Virus record (IMG/VR): IMGVR_UViG_3300012662_000008
Coordinates: 64,001 to 128,000 of that record
DNA length: 64,000 nucleotides
DNA from: a virus
Lineage: Duplodnaviria > Caudoviricetes
Direction: 5' to 3' (one strand)
The translations under genes were made by a program, and so were the position numbers. Positions within the stretch are counted from its first letter, which is position 1. Each line of letters starts with the position of its first letter. Of the stretch, positions 25,507 to 36,700 are shown piece by piece. The notes under the pieces are model-generated. The model had not been told where the DNA came from and did not search any database. It saw only the letters and a list, made by a program, of their open reading frames with translations.

Positions 25507-27777
25507 TTATGACTATTTTGTATATTCTTTTCAAACATCTCCATCAAGATAAACACCTTTTTGATTTCGGGTTCATGAGTCGTATTGCACAATTTGAAAA
25601 CTTATCTTTCCGTCGCAACTCCCAGCTAAATTATAAAGGGATATTATTATGTATTCTGATGTTTTGTCTTCTATTGAGACAAAGCCTCCATAACCCGTAC
25701 TTAAAACATAATATCTATCATTCATTTCTCAATGTGTTGGAAATGTTATTTTTATTTTACCAACAGCAAGTCGTTCTACTTTTAGTACAGAACGATCAAA
25801 TGTTCTTCAAGTATTTTCGCCTGGTTTATCAGTAGTAATAATTCCATCTGCAAGTATAGGACGAAGTCTCCCAAGTTGCTGTTTATTTAATACGAATCCG
25901 CGTTTTAATACCAATCAACCATAGAATCGATTTTTGCTTGGATCTGAGGCGTCTGTGATGCCAATGCCAATTAATTCTGTATATTCTTGACCTCAAATTG
26001 TTAAAGATTGATAAGCGACTCCATCTTCATAAAAAAACATTGATTTATCACTATTTATGGATCCATCTTCATTTTTAACAATTTTAGCAGGAAATTCAAT
26101 TTTAGTGTTTAAATTGCTTGCAAAAGTATTATTGGACTCTTTTCGATGTATTAACAATATCATTCGACGTCCTATCTGACTTGTATCTCATGGTATAGAA
26201 AATCCACCTAATTGAAAGCTCCCAGAGATCCAATCGCACATTATATTATTATATATGCTTGTCTCTATTGTGTCGGCAAAAAGATCCGGTGAATAAAACA
26301 CAAACGGTTCGCGTACACCTCCTGTTAGGAGAGCCTTATCCGCCTTTATAAATCCATCTTCATATACTTGAAACTTGCTATTTTTTGGCACATCATTAGC
26401 CCCTGCAAACATCATTAAATTACCATGTTCAGAATCGTTTAAATCATATGTTTTATCACCAAACTTAGCGGAATCTACAGCGCTAAGTCCTGCTTCAAGA
26501 GTACTACTTACTATTTTAGTAGACTCGTTTCCGTTTGCATCTTTAACGGTTTTTGTTACTAAATTTCGAACACCAACCAATCCGGCAAGCAATCCACCAC
26601 TCAAAGTAAGAGATCCATCCTCAAACATCAAATCCTTACCCAACTTAAACTTGCTATTTTTTAGATCAAGGTAACTATCACCATCTGGACTAGAAAACAC
26701 ATATGCTCTTATCTGGCCTGGTGTTATTTCAGTAAAACCATTCATCGTAGCAATAGATGGGTAATCATCAACACTCGACACAGTAACAACTGCATACAAG
26801 AAATTATATGCATATTGTATTACCCAATTTGGCTTTTTGTCGGTTCCCATATTTACTGTTGTAAGATATTCACAATAATCCTTTTTATAGAGAGTCTTAA
26901 CTAATTGCCCTACACCAGTTTTTGCATAAACGCCTGTATATTCAGCCGTTTTTATTTTTCCTGGATATATTTCATCATCCGCATAAAAATATAGATTTCC
27001 TTTGTGTATGGCATCATCTGCAGGACCAGAATCCCCGCTATTTACGTCTGCATCAGACACTTCAATAAAAGGCACCTGCACATAGTAATAATATGTTCCA
27101 GGTAGTAAGTTTTCTCTATATTCGTCTTTTTCAGTAGTTCCTTCAGTAGTTCCTTCAGTAGTTTTGGGTTCTTCATATATTCCATTACCTGGAGTTTCTA
27201 TATATCACCTATAATAATATTTTGTATTCTTGTTATTTTTATCCTCTGGTTTCAATTGTGTTGGGCCACCTAGTGTATAATGTTTCACATAACCCGGCTT
27301 GTAAACAATCTCTTTTGTATCAAAATCAACATATAATGGATCTGAGACTAGATCTTCTTCGGTAAGAGATTTAATTCATTGGAACTGCAATTGGTCAGAT
27401 CCAACCACCATTTGCATCGTTTGTACTGTTGCTGGTTTTATTGATTCGGTAAACTCATCTGCAAAAGCCTCCTCCAGAGCTGCCTGTGTTGCCTTAACTG
27501 CCTCAAAATCACGTTTTGTAACATAATTGCTTTGCGATGTTTCTAGATCTGGGAAAGTCACATAATTGGACATATCCGGTTTTTCTGCATTTTTAACAGC
27601 TTCCTCAGCGATCGGTTCCGCTACTGATTTTGCAATTTTCTTAACTGCATCTGTATCTGTTTTATCTTGATTTCTAAAATTAATTTCATAATATTTTTGA
27701 CCGACTTTCACATAAAAGCGACCTGCTGTTTCTAGAACTATGTTTTTATTCGGTTCTCCAATTATTTTTTGTGGCAT
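25507..27777 (-). CDS. Putative tail spike/fibre-associated protein, ~756 aa, multiple TGA
   Basis: Pieces 27376 and 26188 are in frame. 'FAGA....KFQVYEDG' tail-type motif and TTEG x3 repeat near 27131. Confidence 0.6.
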
Positions 27778-28403
27778 CCTTTTTCTCTAATTATAATGCA
27801 TTCAACATCTTGTATTTCAGTATGTGGGTTCTTTGCAACCACATAAACGCTCTGTGATTTTATTTTGCTTGTCTTCCAGAGAAACCCTAAAAATCTCTTG
27901 TGTTCAGTAACAACACTAACAACCAAACTATCGCTACTTTGAATTTTAAGATCGGCCTCCCTATCAATAATCGTGCCATCAACTTGCATCCATGGATCAG
28001 ATCACGAAAAAACTTGTGCCTTATGTGCTGTAGAATCTACGTAGATAATGCTATCTCGTACTTGTGTTTTAATCTCAGCAATTGTTTTGGATTGTTGTGT
28101 TATAATCTGATCGAGGTCTTCATTTCTCTTTTTCAGACTTTTAATTGTTTTAAGGTCTTGTTCTCTATAACGTTCCAGCTCATCTACTCGCAGAGTAAGA
28201 GTGTTGCTTTTTGCAACCGAAAGAGAGTCTTTTGTTCTTCATGTCTCACAATCAACTAAGGCAGATTCCATGTTTCTTTTATAAATATCTCTATCATTTC
28301 TCAGATTGGCTATTTTATTTCCTTGTATAATAACAGCCGCTACTAGGCCTGCTATAATAACCGCCAGACCTATTCTAACATAAGTTTTAATTTTGTTTCA
28401 CAT
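27762..28403 (-). CDS. Putative spanin-like (DUF6549-like) protein, 213 aa, TGA at codon 2
   Basis: ATG-TGA start, N-terminal TM helix, coiled coil, 'KRFLGFLW'. Confidence 0.6.
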
Positions 28404-28419
28404 AATTTTAAGATTTTCG

Positions 28420-28451
28420 CAAATATAATAAAAAATATCTACAAACGCAAA
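28420..28451 (-). promoter_or_regulatory. Bacteroidota promoter overlapping the terminator of the upstream Rep-like gene
   Basis: TTTG-N20-TATATTTG. AGGCGAGGA..TCCTCGCC-TTTTT hairpin at 28449-28476. Confidence 0.6.
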
Positions 28452-28464
28452 AAGGCGAGGATTT

Positions 28465-28941
28465 TTATTCCTCGCCTGTCTTGTTCGGGTCATCTTTGTC
28501 GACCAAGTCAAAAGTAATTCGCAACTCCTTGTTTTCTAAAAAATTCCTCCGAGTATTCAGATCTCCTTTCCAGAAAATTTTAGGATTTATCATATATTCA
28601 CCATCTTTTCCGGTAATTATTTTTAACTCCTTCATTTTCTTTAAATATGCAGAAATCGAGTTTGTCCCAATGTCTAATTTTTGCATAATTTCCTTTCGTT
28701 TGCCGACTGTGATCGCAACTCGCCCAGTGTTAAATTCTGCGTTTTGGCACATTCACGTCAAAAGATTCCTAGCACTATCTGTTTTTAATCCAAATAATGG
28801 GCTCAAACAATCTATAAAAGTCATATAAAAGGAGTCCTCATCTATTTTCTTCGTGTAAGTTTTCGCGGTTTCAATCGTTGTAAGCTCACCAGTTTCTGGA
28901 TCTAGCAACTCCCGCTGTGTAACAACTTGAAATTTTCCCAT
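28465..28941 (-). CDS. RepL-like plasmid replication/wHTH protein, 158 aa, 1 TGA
   Basis: 'LLDPETGE', LLT-W-MCQNAEFNTG, 'YMINPKIFWKG'. Confidence 0.75.
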
Positions 28942-29095
28942 ATTTTTCTTGTTTTAAAATTATATACAAATATATAAAATATTTCAGAAAATTCCAAAAC
29001 TTTTTCAGAAAAAATCAACACAAATTTTTGTTAAATCTTTTCAGAAAAAAATGTATGTTTCACAAAAGTACTCGTGTATGATGTTCAGAAATTAT

Positions 29096-29166
29096 TGTGA
29101 TGGTATCACAATAAAATGTGATGGCTTCCCAATACGTTGTGATTGTTTCCCATTACATTGTGATCC
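29096..29166. repeat. Iteron-like array at 21-bp period upstream of the RepL-like gene
   Basis: TGTGAT(G/T)G.(A/T)TC.CA units start at 29096, 29117 and 29138, partial at 29159. TTTCAGAAAA repeats at 28982-29048. Confidence 0.7.
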
Positions 29167-29211
29167 AAATTCGCGTAATTCTCTATCTAACAAAGAGTTA
29201 CCGACTTTCTC

Positions 29212-29631
29212 CTATTTTATCTTATTGACAAATTTTCTACATCTATCACACAAAAAGGTTTCGGCAACTGGAAACATATCTTGTCCAATTTCTCCAACTA
29301 GATATTGGAACTCTTCTCCAAAAGGGTCTATATGTAGAAATCCACATATATGCATTGCTAAGTGTCCTTTCTCGTGATCAAAAGTATTTTGGAATTGCGC
29401 AGCAGACGACGTAAGCCCTATAACAATAACAGAAGATCTACTTTCAAGATTGGAATAAGTAAGTCCAGAGTTAATCCCACATAAACAAGCTTCAGCCTGT
29501 TCTAAGTCAGATTGTGGACATCCAATCGCCTCTAGTTCTCCCAAAATATCATCCACATAATAAGTGTCTACCGCATAAAATATTTTAACGGACCAATTCC
29601 AATCTTTTAAGTAAATCTCCTGTACTATCAT
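29212..29631 (-). CDS. HExxH-containing conserved Bacteroidales phage protein
   Basis: 'TFDHEKGHLA...EEFQY'. Confidence 0.7.
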   Translation of the reverse strand: MIVQEIYLKDWNWSVKIFYAVDTYYVDDILGELEAIGCPQSDLEQAEACLCGINSGLTYSNLESRSSVIVIGLTSSAAQFQNTFDHEKGHLAMHICGFLHIDPFGEEFQYLVGEIGQDMFPVAETFLCDRCRKFVNKIK

Positions 29632-30038
29632 TATATCATATCCTCCCAATTAATTGGCTTTCCAGAACCAATACAATCCGCATAAAAGCGGGTAAAAGGT
29701 AATTCTTCATAACCATCAGGGTCGTCGACATAGTCTTTTATAAACATTGCTACATGTCCCTCATCTGTTATAGACGAACCTAGATAATCAGCACGGCACA
29801 TATTTGCAACAAAAACATAATCATATCCAAACTTGTTGTTAAGAGTCACATTGTACTTTTTAAGAACGGAGTCCACTTCGTCTTTGCTCCAAACATTTAT
29901 ATATGCTCTTTCTTTGCCTGTTGTTTTGTACATTCCAGAGGTAGCCCAATCACACATTTTCTTGCTAAAATGCCATCCATATTGGGAGAGATAATCCCCC
30001 ATGCCAGAGGGTAGTCTATCTCTTGCGTCCAATCTCAT
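29631..30038 (-). CDS. Conserved Bacteroidales phage protein
   Basis: 'YGWHFSKKMC', 'YVANMCRAD', 'DDPDGY'. Confidence 0.75.
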   Translation of the reverse strand: MRLDARDRLPSGMGDYLSQYGWHFSKKMCDWATSGMYKTTGKERAYINVWSKDEVDSVLKKYNVTLNNKFGYDYVFVANMCRADYLGSSITDEGHVAMFIKDYVDDPDGYEELPFTRFYADCIGSGKPINWEDMI

Positions 30039-30039
30039 A

Positions 30040-30195
30040 TTAATATCTCTTAGGCATCCTATAAGAAGCTCTATCCTTCTTTATCTCTTTCATTGCGGCT
30101 TCATAACCATCCTCGTAACCACACTCGTAGTCACTGCCAGTCTTGTCGTAATCATCATAACGACCAGCGTTTTCTCTAATTTCCCACATTCTCAT
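30040..30195 (-). CDS. Small charged protein, 51 aa (not in the ORF track)
   Basis: MRMWEIRE...YECGYEDGYEAAMKE fills the operon gap. Confidence 0.6.
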   Translation of the reverse strand: MRMWEIRENAGRYDDYDKTGSDYECGYEDGYEAAMKEIKKDRASYRMPKRY

Positions 30196-30197
30196 AA

Positions 30198-30716
30198 CTA
30201 ATTTTTATTTAATTGCTCAACCAATCGTTTGTTTGTTTCCATTAATTCAGACAAACTCTTCGACATAACTCCTATTTGTTGTTTTAAGTCATTTATTTCA
30301 TTTCTCTGCGCTTGTTTTTCAGCAAACTCGGGATTCAGATCAGATAAGATTTTATCACAATTTGCTATAAACTTTTTGTGAAAATCTATACTATTTATAA
30401 TATCTGAACTCTTTTGTTTTAACGAGAGAATTTCTGCGTTCATTGCGTCTTTGCTACTCGAAATAACGATCGACTCTCCGTTTGAAGAAGAATCAGCAAC
30501 ATCTAGTTGTGCTGGCAAACTATTATAATTAACAGTCTGATCTCCAATTTTAACAATTATATCGACTACTGTTTCTTGCTGTTGTCCGAAAACAGGCGGA
30601 ACCTGATATTTCGGTCTCGGTGTTGAAACGGAAGAAACATAACCGATCTCCATAAAAGGTTCCGCTCCTTTATGAAAAATATAAACGGAACTATTTGTTC
30701 TTAATGATTGAAACAT
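30198..30716 (-). CDS. Conserved phage protein with C-terminal coiled coil
   Basis: Intact ORF in the operon. Confidence 0.7.
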   Translation of the reverse strand: MFQSLRTNSSVYIFHKGAEPFMEIGYVSSVSTPRPKYQVPPVFGQQQETVVDIIVKIGDQTVNYNSLPAQLDVADSSSNGESIVISSSKDAMNAEILSLKQKSSDIINSIDFHKKFIANCDKILSDLNPEFAEKQAQRNEINDLKQQIGVMSKSLSELMETNKRLVEQLNKN

Positions 30717-30719
30717 AAT

Positions 30720-31055
30720 TTATCCTATATTTTGTAACGTGTTTGTTGTTCTATCATAATACATCAGATATATACCCGTACCAGACCAATCTGCAACAGT
30801 TATATTTGCACTGTTATAAGTTGTAACATTTTGTTTTCCATTTGTCGAATTAAAAACAATTGGCAATGTAGTAGTAGTTCCGGAAGCAATTTCTTGCTCT
30901 ATTTTAACCAATACTAAGCCTGAATAAGTTTCACTAAACAATCGGTTTCCATCAAAATAAAATTCGACATCATCTGTTCCTACTGTTACTCGCGTGCTCT
31001 GTACTCTAGGAATACCTGCTTTATTTGACCAATAATATCCTGGAAAAACTAACAT
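30720..31055 (-). CDS. Small beta-rich protein
   Basis: Intact ORF in the operon. Confidence 0.7.
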   Translation of the reverse strand: MLVFPGYYWSNKAGIPRVQSTRVTVGTDDVEFYFDGNRLFSETYSGLVLVKIEQEIASGTTTTLPIVFNSTNGKQNVTTYNSANITVADWSGTGIYLMYYDRTTNTLQNIG

Positions 31056-31073
31056 AATACACCTCCTGGCATA

Positions 31074-31970
31074 CTATGCCCATAATCCTGGATTTGCTAC
31101 TGTACCATATACTCCGCTAGTAAGATAACTAGGAATTGCTGTTAAGTTAGGATACTGAACTGCAACTGTAGCTGGCATTGAGTTCTTGATCGCAGTTACC
31201 TCGTTCTGAATTGGAGTTACCAACCCTGAAACGTACGCCTGAATCTGAGCTGTTTGATTTGCATTTGAGATTGAGTTCTGGAGAGCTGTGTTAGTCGCTG
31301 TAAGGGTGTCTATCTTGCTCTGGAGTTCTCTTTCTTTTATTGCACAGAACTGCTGATCCATTAACGCTGTTTGATTTGAAATAGCTGCTGTTATTGCGGC
31401 TGTATTTCCGTCTATCTTGCTTCCAAGCTGGTTTGTTTGTTCAAGAGTACGAATCTGAGCTTCATAACCCTGTGATGTCGTGAGAAGTTTGTTCTCGCAG
31501 CAACATTGTGCAAGCTGACTAGCAAGTGTTTGATTTCCAGCCTGTATTGCATTAATTACCTGTTGTCCAGAAAGACCAACAGTGTTACCAACAGACTGCA
31601 CTTGACTACCAACAGCATTGATCGCTGCTTGAATTTGACCAGTTGAACAATTAAGCGAGCTAGATAATTGAGAAATAGCAGTACCATTACCATTAATTGC
31701 TTGCATAAGTAAGTCTCGTCCATAATCGTTATTAAGTTGTGATTCTAGTCCAGTTCCACGGCCATTTCCGTAACCAAATCCACCCCATCCCATAAGGAAA
31801 AAGAGAAAGATTATTCACATAAACCAGCCACCTTCGCCAAAACCACCATCTCTGTCCTTCATAAGAGCAAGGACTCCAGGGTCTATTCCACGTTGCTGTA
31901 AAAGTGGAATAACACCAGAAAGTAATCCGGAATCATTTCCGAATACATAAGTTTTTGCATCTTCTGCCAT
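31074..31970 (-). CDS. Membrane-anchored coiled-coil 'QCCC' protein, 298 aa, 1 TGA
   Basis: GGWFM-W-IIFLFFLMGWGGFG TM segment, QLAQCCCEN motif. Promoter TATATTTG at 32021-32028. Confidence 0.75.
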
Positions 31971-32066
31971 AATAAGTAAGTTTTTAAGTTAAAAATATCT
32001 TTTATTTTGTGATCACGATGCAAATATACTATCATTTCAACCTAACCCACATACTATGCTATATAA

Positions 32067-32105
32067 AAAAATAAGCCTCCGTAACTATCACAGCTACAGA
32101 GGCTT
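32067..32105 (-). terminator. Probable terminator
   Basis: AAGCCTCTGTA..TACGGAGGCTT-ATTTTTTT. Confidence 0.55.
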
Positions 32106-32128
32106 GGAAACCGATTCGTTTAGCATAT

Positions 32129-32425
32129 CTATGCTAAGCTTCTATATTTATCTAGGTCTTTCTTATACCAGAACAACTCAGTAAACCCTTGTTGTTTTCG
32201 TCCCTCTGGAATATCTCCAGCACGAACGTGATTGTCAAAAGTAGCACGACACATATTTAAGTACTTGCAAGCTTGGTACTTGCTATATTTTGTGTCAGCC
32301 ATTGAAAAGTGTTTGATCTGTTCAATCACTTTGTCATAATCTTCTTCTGTCATCGAACAATTTCCTGCATCAATACGTGCAACTAATTGTAACAGAAGTT
32401 CTTTTATAAGAGATAATTTATTCAT
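32129..32425 (-). CDS. Excisionase-like HTH DNA-binding protein
   Basis: 'SKYQACKYLNMCRATFDNHVRAGDIP.G'. Confidence 0.75.
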   Translation of the reverse strand: MNKLSLIKELLLQLVARIDAGNCSMTEEDYDKVIEQIKHFSMADTKYSKYQACKYLNMCRATFDNHVRAGDIPEGRKQQGFTELFWYKKDLDKYRSLA

Positions 32426-32647
32426 TATTTTATAACAATTAAGGCTAGTAATCCAATAATAAAATATGCGACTTTATAATATCATTTTTGTGGGTACTCC
32501 AAGTCGACGTCTTTTGTTCTTTCTCTAGCGATATGCAAGTCATATAAGAGATTGTGCGAAGCCCATTCAAGTAAAAGAGAGAAATTAGAGCGTTCAAGAA
32601 CGCAATCTCGATTTTTTAAGATTTTAAGCATATTTCATTTTGAGATT

Positions 32648-33034
32648 TTATACGAATCCACTATGTGCAAGTTTTCCATTTTCTTTTAATTTTGTGTAAA
32701 CAAACCATGCAAACAAGGCAATACCAGCAATAAACACAGCTCATCTAAAAATTGGTAATGCAAGACCAAACCCAGCAAAACAAGCTTGCCATTTTATACA
32801 GCAAGTAACAGCACCAACATATCCTATAAAATGCCTGTGAATTGTACAAAATCCAAAAGCTTTTGATCATATTATGCAAGTAATGCAGGGTACAACAGGT
32901 AATCCGATTGTAGTTTCTGCAATTGGGTAACTAACACCACATAGCAGGCCCATAACTCGTAGTCACATTATAAAGCCTGCTATCATTGGTGCATATTTTA
33001 ATAACATCATACTAGTTCTTTGAATCGGTTTCAT
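32648..33034 (-). CDS. Multi-pass membrane protein, 128 aa, 3 TGA (absent from the ORF track)
   Basis: Open only with TGA=Trp. Several hydrophobic segments. Confidence 0.65.
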
Positions 33035-33250
33035 AATTTCTAAAAATTTTAATTGTTAAAATATCTTTTAATATAACATTTTCATAAGTCCAATCAAAAC
33101 AGATTGACTTATAATTTTGTTCAAATCACTGATTTTTTGGACAAAATTTTATATATCTCTTGTAACTCTATAGTTTCACAACAATCAACATAGCTTCATA
33201 ATCGGCTGAATAATTGTCTAAGATACTTATATCTGCAATAATTTTTTAAT

Positions 33251-33781
33251 TTAATTGGTTTCTAATCTTGGCACAATCGACGAAAGACCTTTTATTGCAT
33301 TTTTAATCGTTGTTTGAACTACTGATACGATGCTAGCTCCCTGTATATATTCACACTCTATCCCATTTGGGTCAATTACATATATATCGCCGCCTACGCC
33401 ATTGCTTAAAGACACATTTCCATAAACATCAGATGGTCTAGTAGTTGCGTTAACGAACCTGGCGCCACAAACATCTTTTGTTTTTAAAACGCTTATTTGT
33501 GCTCCAACACCAGTATTGTTATAAAAAACTACAAGCGGAATTTTATCCCTTATTAAAGTGTCCTCTTTAATTTGATTATATTCAGCTTCTGTTGCAGCAG
33601 GAAATATTGTAATGTTATCTGACGCAGCTGTTTTTAAATTATTGTTTAATAAAACGGCGATGCGATCTATTGTGGGAGGGTCGTCTTTATCAAACAAACC
33701 TGGAATGAGGTTATTGCCGAGTGCTATTAACGTTGCCTTTGCGTTCTCTAATCTTGTTATTTCTGTACTTATATCACTCAT
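33251..33781 (-). CDS. Tail-fibre-associated protein
   Basis: 'MSDISTEITRLENAK' N-terminus, directly follows the fibre gene. Confidence 0.6.
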   Translation of the reverse strand: MSDISTEITRLENAKATLIALGNNLIPGLFDKDDPPTIDRIAVLLNNNLKTAASDNITIFPAATEAEYNQIKEDTLIRDKIPLVVFYNNTGVGAQISVLKTKDVCGARFVNATTRPSDVYGNVSLSNGVGGDIYVIDPNGIECEYIQGASIVSVVQTTIKNAIKGLSSIVPRLETN

Positions 33782-33784
33782 ATC

Positions 33785-36700
33785 CTATATATTTTGTAAT
33801 TGTGTTAATACTGTTCCTAACTTGGCAGTAATCTGGTCATCTACATACTTTTTGTTGGCTGCATCTAAAGTATCGACTGGTGTTGCTACGCCAGAAACTA
33901 TAATTTCAGAACCATTTGAGCCAAGTTGGAGTCCTATAGGAATTTGCTCAACCTCGATATTACCGTTTCCGTCGCTATTAAATACTATATTATTTTTAAT
34001 GATTGTCTCACCACTAAAAGTATTGTTTCCTGTAAAAGTATTATTCCCAGCGGCAGTAATATCTCCTGAGCCGCCTGAAATAGTGATATTTCCGCTTCCC
34101 AGCAACGAAGTACCGTTTACTGTCTTTATGTTAGTACCTGAAACAAGTTTGTCCTGCTTGCTCTCAATGACAGTCTTCAGGGTCTTCGACGCATTGTTTA
34201 CTGCATTGGTACCGTCATACCCACCCACTCCATAGGCATATATGTCACCATTCTGCATCACCTCAAATGCATTCTTCCTATTAGTGTCTGACGTTCCTAT
34301 ACCTACAGAATGAAGAGTGTTATTACCTTCTGTGTAATATGATGGACTTACACTGTTTGAGAAATTAAAAAATCCTTCTGCGTGTTCAGCGCGATTTTTT
34401 GCCGTGGTATACCAGCCCTCTGTATGACTTCCGTCACCGTTGGCTGTTGTATGTACCCCCTCTGCGTGGGCGGCATTGTTAGTTGCTTGAGCATAATTCC
34501 CCTCGCTATGAGCACCATTTCCACTTGCAGTAGTACTTAGCCCTTCTGCATGGGCATTACTATTATTTGCAATAGAAGCGCCTTCTGCATGAGCATTGTC
34601 TCCTTGTGCAGTACCACTGCCTTCTGCATGAGAACCACTGCCAGTTGCTTTTGAACCGTTGCCTTCTGCATGAGCATTATCTCCTATTGCTTTGGTTCCT
34701 TGACCCTCGGAGTGTGAGTGAGCACCTGATGCAATAGTGCCCCATCCTTCAGCATGAGCACCCTCTCCCGAAGCGTCATTCCCCTGTCCCTCGGTATGTG
34801 AATAATGTGCCTTTGATTTGTTATGTGCTCCCTCGGCATGGGATGCATATCCGTATGCATTATTATACATACCCTCAGCATGGCCACCTTCTCCGTAGTG
34901 CTCCTCGATATTAAAATCAGCAGGTTCTGACGGTTCAGTACTACCTGTACTACCTGATGAACCTCCCGAAGGAGCGGTATACTTGGAGTTATTTACTGTA
35001 TTGTTTGCACCCTCTGCGTGAGAGTTGCCTGCATTTGTCGTATTGTTTGACCCCTCAGTATGTGAGTGACTTCCAATCGCCTTCGTAAGCGCACCCTCGG
35101 CATGGGACATATCACCCTGTGCAATGGTGATGTATCCTTCTGCATGAGAAGAGCTACCTATAGCAGACGTACCATTGCCTTCTGCATGGGAATAGTTACC
35201 ATCGCCTTTTGTTCCATTGCCTTCGGCATGAGACGCAACTCCATTGGCTTTTGTGTCTGCTCCCTCTGCGTGAGATGTGTTTCCCTTGGCGATAGTGGAG
35301 CTGCCTTCTGAATGAGATGCCGCACCCAGAGATTGAGTTCCATTACCCTCAGCATGAGCACCCATCGCAGATGGACCTGTTGTTGTCTGATAACCCTCCA
35401 CATGAGAATCACTTCCCAATGCGACTGAATTATCTCCCTCGGCATGGGAGTAATTACCCTTCGCTATAGTAGTGGTACCCTCGGCGAAACTTCTCTTACC
35501 CATGGCTATAGACTTGCCACCAAAAGAAGATGCATATTGTCCAGTTGCACCCCTTGTAAGTGCTCCTGTGATGGTTGAATCCAATGCAGTGGCATTAGGG
35601 TTCTTGCTTGTTACATCGAGTGTTTCCCCACCGTCGAATGCCTGATTGATTCCTCCCGTAGACGATGCATCCTTTATGTTGGAAGCCTTTGTCTTCACCG
35701 CAGCATTCACCTCGTTTATAGCACCTACAATCTGCTTTGAGGTGGTGGTGAGATTTGATGTTGGAGAGCCAAAGTCTACATATCTCCGACTGTAGGTTCC
35801 GTCTACGCTTGATACAGAAAACCAGGTTGTTCTATCTAAATCATACAGGTACAATCCGCGATAGAATGGCCCGCTACCTATCGTCATATAGCCAACATTG
35901 TTGCCTACAACAATAGGTACCATATACCCCTTTGTCACATCAACTCCCAAACTCTTCAGATTGTTCACATAAGCCTTTATTGCAGCGACATTCGCTGCCT
36001 TGTCAGCATCGGAGTTGGAGGTCTTTATTGTTACCGCTTCGAGGTGCTGGAAGAGCGGGGTGATGAAGATAGAACCGTTAGTTGTACTCACACTCACTGA
36101 TGAATTTACATAACTATCATCGCTACAAAGTCCCTTATATTCACCGTCAGCCCAATTATATGTTAGAAGTACATTATTCTGTCCTGTAGAAGTCGCAGGG
36201 AGTCTCCCCACAAACCTCGCTCCATCTAACGAATCACTACCCGTCAATGCCTTCCAATCAGCCTCAAATTGGTCTAACTTCGCCTTCCTTTCGGCATCTG
36301 TGCCTGTGAGGTCTATTTCCTTGAGGATTGGAGTGAGGGTGGATTTGTTGAGGTATTTTGCATCATCAATCAAATTTTTTAATGAAGGTTCTGAATCTAT
36401 ACCGAATACTTTACAAGTATGTGGAGTTGTGTGTTTTATTGTTACTTGTACTCCTTGTACACGCACATTTTCGATTGATTTTTTAGGAAAAGCAACCAGT
36501 GAACTAAAGTTCAACATCAACCCACTTCCCACGCTTTCTGATGTAAAGCGATATAAAAAATCGGCATTATTCATCTTAAACACCACATCCACATCATCCC
36601 TCAACAACTTCTGGTAGGTTTCCTCATCTACCTCCGTTGTTGATTCTGTCAAGATGATTGGATTGCGGGTACCTACTGCGAGTTTTGCACTTGTTACTGC

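Noticed and set aside
27131-27164. 12-bp tandem repeat as a regulatory element
   Set aside because: In-frame coding repeat (TTEG) in a linker
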